DNA of 18,597 nt, taken from assembly GCA_031459875.1 (NCBI GenBank), contig JAVKHQ010000042.1, positions 1 to 18,597 on the forward strand, read 5' to 3'. Below are positions 15,408-18,597 of the stretch, piece after piece. The first letter of the stretch is position 1. Each line of letters begins with the position of its first letter. Below the pieces are notes generated by a model. It did not search any database, had not been told where the DNA came from, and saw only the letters and a program-made list of their open reading frames with translations. This stretch comes from Candidatus Fervidifonticultor sextus (GTDB lineage Bacteria; Sysuimicrobiota; Sysuimicrobiia; Sysuimicrobiales; Humicultoraceae). Made by a program: the position numbers and the translations under genes.

Positions 15408-17315
15408 TCAATCCGCCCCCCCCAGGACGACGCGGCGCACCTCTTCCACGCTGGTGATCCCTTCCAGGATCTTGGCGATGCCGGCCTGGCGCATGGTGCG
15501 CATGCCCGCCCGCTCGGCCGCGTCGCGGATGGTGCTGGCAGGCCGGCGCTGGAGGATGAGCTCCCGCGTCTGGTCGGTCACCGGCATGATCTCGAAGACG
15601 CCGGTGCGGCCGCGGTAGCCGATGTCGGCGCACTCCGCGCATCCTGTCGGCTTCCAGAGGGTGACCGGAAAGGCCGCGGCCAGATTCAACACGCGCAGCT
15701 CGTCGGGCGTAGCCGAATAGGAACGCCGGCACGTCGGACACAGCGTCCGCACCAGCCGCTGGCCCACGGCGGCCAGCAGCGTGGAGGTGATCAGGTACGG
15801 CTCGATGCCCATGTCGATGAGCCGGACCACCGCGCCCGACGCGTCGTTGGTGTGCAGCGTCGAGAGCACCAGGTGGCCGGTGAGCGCTGCCTGGACCGCG
15901 ATCTGGGCGGTTTCGGCATCGCGGACTTCACCCACCATGATCACATCGGGGTCCTGCCGAATGATGGCGCGCAGGCCGGTGGCGAACGACACCGCCATCT
16001 TGGACCGGACGGCAATCTGGGTGATACCCTCCAGGTGGTACTCGACCGGGTCTTCGATCGTCATGATGTTCCGCGACCGCTCGTTGAGGCGGCTGAGGCA
16101 CCCGTAGAGGGTGGTGGTCTTCCCCGAGCCGGTGGGCCCGGTCACCAGGATCATCCCGTAGGGCCTGGCCAGCAGCCGGTCGAGCAGCGCCTCCTGGTCG
16201 GGGAGCAGGCCCAGCCGCTCCAGGCCCAGCAGGACCCGGCTCTTGTCCAGGACCCGGACGGTGATCCGCTCGCCGAAACTGGCGCCCACGGTGGCGATGC
16301 GCAGGTCGTGCTCGCGGCCGCCCACTTCGTAGAGGAGCCGGCCGTCCTGGGGTCGGATGCGTTCGGCGATGTCCAGCCCGGCCAGGGCCTTGATGCGGGA
16401 GGTGACGGCGGCGGCCACAGCCCGGGACAGGCGGGCCTTGTCGTACAGGATGCCGTCGATGCGGTAGCGGACGGCGGTCCCGTCGGCCTGGGGTTCGATG
16501 TGGATGTCGGTGGCCCCGTCGCGGAGGGCCCCCTGGATGAGAGAGTCCACCAGGCGCACGACTGGAGGGTCGGAGGGCGATTCGCTGGCCGCGACGGCGG
16601 TGACCTCGGGCAGGGCGTCTGCGACCTCACCGGTCTCTTCCAGGCGCTCGGTCACGGCGCGGGTGACGTCGAATCGCGTGGACAGCAGCCACTCGAAGTC
16701 CCGCTCGGTCGTAAAGAAGGGGCGCACGCGGGCGCGGACGAGGGCCGAGATTCGGTCGATGGCCACCACATCGCTGGGGTCGGTCATCGCCACGTGGACC
16801 TCGCGGCCCACGCGGGCGAAGGGGACCGCCCTGAGTTCGGTGATGACCGACAGCGGGACGAGGCCCAGCACCTCCTCGTCGATAGAGGTCGCGGCCAGGT
16901 TCACGTAGGGCGCGCCGCGCTGGGCACCCAGCGTCTCGCCCAGCGCCTGCTTGGTGATGAAGCCGCGCTTGATCAGGATCTGGCCGAGGCGTTCGCCGGT
17001 CTTGGCCTGATCCGCCAGTGCTTCTTCCAACTGCTGGGGCGTCAGCAGTTCGGTCTCCAGCAGCATCTGGCCCAGCCGCTTCTGCGACGCGCTGGGCACG
17101 TAGAACGGCTCGGAGGCGTTGACGGCCCTGCGCACGACCACCCCGTCGGCCACCAGCGTGGCCAGGGCCGCCTCGACTGCCTCGAGCGGAATGCCAAGCT
17201 GCTCGGCGATCGCCACCGCGGTGGGCCGTTTCTGGCCGTGGACCTGGACAAAAGCCTGGACACGCCGCCGGACCTGACCGTCGGGCGCATCGGCGAAGGT
17301 AGGCCTAGCGGGCAT
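15408..17315 (-). CDS. pilB: Type IV pilus assembly ATPase (PilB/GspE family) with tandem MshEN motif and extra N-terminal wHTH-like segment
   Basis: Likely start ATG 17315 (GGGGAG upstream; overlaps HTH gene stop). ATDIHIEP, RYRIDG, PQDGR, GPTGSGKTT, TIEDPVE, RQDPDVIMVGE, TGHLVLSTLHTN, CPTC..CAEC zinc site, GYRGRTG. Confidence 0.93.
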   Translation of the reverse strand: MPARPTFADAPDGQVRRRVQAFVQVHGQKRPTAVAIAEQLGIPLEAVEAALATLVADGVVVRRAVNASEPFYVPSASQKRLGQMLLETELLTPQQLEEALADQAKTGERLGQILIKRGFITKQALGETLGAQRGAPYVNLAATSIDEEVLGLVPLSVITELRAVPFARVGREVHVAMTDPSDVVAIDRISALVRARVRPFFTTERDFEWLLSTRFDVTRAVTERLEETGEVADALPEVTAVAASESPSDPPVVRLVDSLIQGALRDGATDIHIEPQADGTAVRYRIDGILYDKARLSRAVAAAVTSRIKALAGLDIAERIRPQDGRLLYEVGGREHDLRIATVGASFGERITVRVLDKSRVLLGLERLGLLPDQEALLDRLLARPYGMILVTGPTGSGKTTTLYGCLSRLNERSRNIMTIEDPVEYHLEGITQIAVRSKMAVSFATGLRAIIRQDPDVIMVGEVRDAETAQIAVQAALTGHLVLSTLHTNDASGAVVRLIDMGIEPYLITSTLLAAVGQRLVRTLCPTCRRSYSATPDELRVLNLAAAFPVTLWKPTGCAECADIGYRGRTGVFEIMPVTDQTRELILQRRPASTIRDAAERAGMRTMRQAGIAKILEGITSVEEVRRVVLGGAD

Positions 17316-17553
17316 GCCGGTCTCCCCGCCGCCTGTGCCCGCCGGCATCCCGGCCCGCATGGGGACGCTCAGAGTTGGCGTTGATCGCATGGTCGGTCAG
17401 CCACCGGTCGATCTGGTCCTTCCTGAACCGCCAGGCGCGGCCCACCCGCAAGGCCGGCAGGTCGCCCCGCTGGATCATCCGGTAGACGGTCATCTCGTGC
17501 ACCCGGAGGTAGCGGGCCAGTTCCTGCGCGGTCAGAATCGCCGCTCGCCGCAC
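17305..17553 (-). CDS. Small excisionase-like/MerR-type HTH DNA-binding protein (HTH_17, BldC/Xis-like)
   Basis: ILTAQELARYLRVHEMTVYRMIQRGDLPALRVGRAWRFRKDQIDRWL is a typical HTH_17 pattern; GGAGGGGG upstream of GTG. Confidence 0.85.
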   Translation of the reverse strand: MRRAAILTAQELARYLRVHEMTVYRMIQRGDLPALRVGRAWRFRKDQIDRWLTDHAINANSERPHAGRDAGGHRRRGDRHAR

Positions 17554-17584
17554 CGTCGTCCAGCCCCCTCCCCCGCGCCCATTC

Positions 17585-17678
17585 CGAAGCGTATCTTCCC
17601 GGGAACCGACTGTTCCTAGACGTGGCCGACGCCAGTTGACTTCAACAAGCCGCAGCCGACCGGACAGATCGCGGACAG
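17585..17678. promoter_or_regulatory. Repeat- and palindrome-rich putative control region of the HTH-pil operon
   Basis: GAA-N7-TTC units at 17585-17599 and 17602-17616 around TTCCCGGGAA; GTTGA-CT-TCAAC at 17635-17646; CGGACAG twice at 17661 and 17672. Function inferred from position only. Confidence 0.45.
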
Positions 17679-17703
17679 GCAGGGTGTCGGGCGGAGGCGG
17701 GAA

Positions 17704-18582
17704 CTACGGGGCGGGGGGCGCCAGCACCAGGAGGGCCTTCGGGTGCACGCAGAACCGCGCGGGCAGGGTGCCGACCGGTTCGCCGTCGGCCTGGATGAAC
17801 AGCGGCGTGGGGCCGCTCACCACGACCTCCCTCGCCTCGACCAGGCGGACTTTCGGATGGCCGAGGTGGCGGCCGGAGAACACCTTGGGGAGGACGAAGA
17901 GGGTCTCCAGGCGCCCCAGCGGGCCGGCAATGAGGGTGTGGAGCAGTCCGTCGTCGGGCCGGGCCCCTGGAGCCAGATGCATCCCTCCGGCGTTCCAGGC
18001 CGTGTTGGCGGCGGCGACGAGGAAGATCCGTTCTCGGCTGCTAGATCCGTCCAGGGAGAGTTCGACTTCTACCGGCCGGTACGTCCCCAGCGTTTTCAGG
18101 ATGCCGATGGCGTACATGACCGTGCCGTTCATCAGTTTGGGCCAGGCGTTGACCTGCCGGGCCACCTCGCCGTCGAATCCGACGCCGGCGATGGTCAGGA
18201 AATAGTGACCGTTGACTTCTCCCACGTCGATCGGGCGCGGGCGCGCGGTGACCAGGATCCTGGCGGCTGCGACGGGATCGCGGGGGATGCCCAGCGCCCG
18301 GGCGAAGTCGTTGGCGGTGCCCACTGGCAGGAGGGCCATGATCCCGTGCCGGCGGGCGCCGAGCAGGCCGTTGGCCACTTCATTGGCGGTCCCATCGCCG
18401 CCGACGGCCAGCACCACGTCCTCGGGCGAGGCCGCGGTCAGCTGGCGCGCATGGCCCCGGCGCTCGGAGTGACTCTCACGGATCTCCCAGCCGGCCTCCG
18501 TCAGGATGGGCCGCGCCTGTTTCCACTGCTGCATTCCCCGTCGGCCGCCGGCGACGGGATTCACGACGGCGCGCACACGCAT
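17704..18582 (-). CDS. Diacylglycerol kinase-family lipid kinase (YegS/DagK/BmrU-like)
   Basis: VVNPVAGG, VGGDGTANEVANG, LPVGTANDFARALG, IDVGEVNG, GVGFDG, GGM, DDGLL, QADGE. Start ATG 18582 (GTG 18585 in frame). Confidence 0.9.
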   Translation of the reverse strand: MRVRAVVNPVAGGRRGMQQWKQARPILTEAGWEIRESHSERRGHARQLTAASPEDVVLAVGGDGTANEVANGLLGARRHGIMALLPVGTANDFARALGIPRDPVAAARILVTARPRPIDVGEVNGHYFLTIAGVGFDGEVARQVNAWPKLMNGTVMYAIGILKTLGTYRPVEVELSLDGSSSRERIFLVAAANTAWNAGGMHLAPGARPDDGLLHTLIAGPLGRLETLFVLPKVFSGRHLGHPKVRLVEAREVVVSGPTPLFIQADGEPVGTLPARFCVHPKALLVLAPPAP

Positions 18583-18597
18583 CACCCAGAACTACGG

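Noticed and set aside
17094..17276. Z-alpha (Z-DNA/RNA-binding) domain in PilB
   Set aside because: Spacing resembles Z-alpha-type wHTH, but the Asn, Tyr and Trp contact residues are absent; kept only as generic wHTH.
17305..17553. Excisionase marking a prophage or ICE
   Set aside because: No integrase, tRNA, att-like repeats or phage/conjugation genes in the window.
17602..17616. Gram-positive LexA (GAAC-N4-GTTC) box
   Set aside because: Spacer here is 5 nt (GAAC-N5-GTTC), not 4.
17554..17703. c-di-GMP riboswitch upstream of the pil operon
   Set aside because: I could not find the GEMM hallmarks (GAAA tetraloop stem, GCAAA segment); an Infernal/Rfam scan would be decisive.
1..18597. CRISPR array, tRNA, rRNA or IS element
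   Set aside because: Intergenic gaps are all 150 bp or less and show no regularly spaced repeats, cloverleaf or transposase.

Overview
High-GC bacterial chromosomal window (roughly 70% GC by eye) with three blocks. (1) 1-2054: a partial LivG-type ABC ATPase (-) divergent from a PaaK-like CoA ligase (+). (2) 2064-10671: a tightly packed + strand operon behind a near-consensus sigma70/sigmaA promoter: lysA, M50 site-2 protease, scpA, scpB, D,D-carboxypeptidase, SAM methyltransferase, btuF-like binding protein, long btuD-like ATPase (no permease gene), cmk, plsC. (3) 10769-18582, - strand: a YegS/DAGK-family kinase, then a compact type IV filament operon: small Xis/BldC-like HTH gene, pilB, pilC, major pilin and four minor pilins in the order of comGA-GG / gspE-K. 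This operon is the most unusual part. Its PilB appears to carry an extra N-terminal winged-helix domain in front of a tandem MshEN (c-di-GMP-binding) motif. Its PilW/GspJ-position minor pilin appears to have a ~330-aa DUF2341 plus lectin-like module inserted inside the pilin head. The upstream region holds helically phased direct repeats and nested palindromes. No rRNA, tRNA, CRISPR array, transposase or integrase was recognised. All domain calls come from motif recognition by eye, not database searches.
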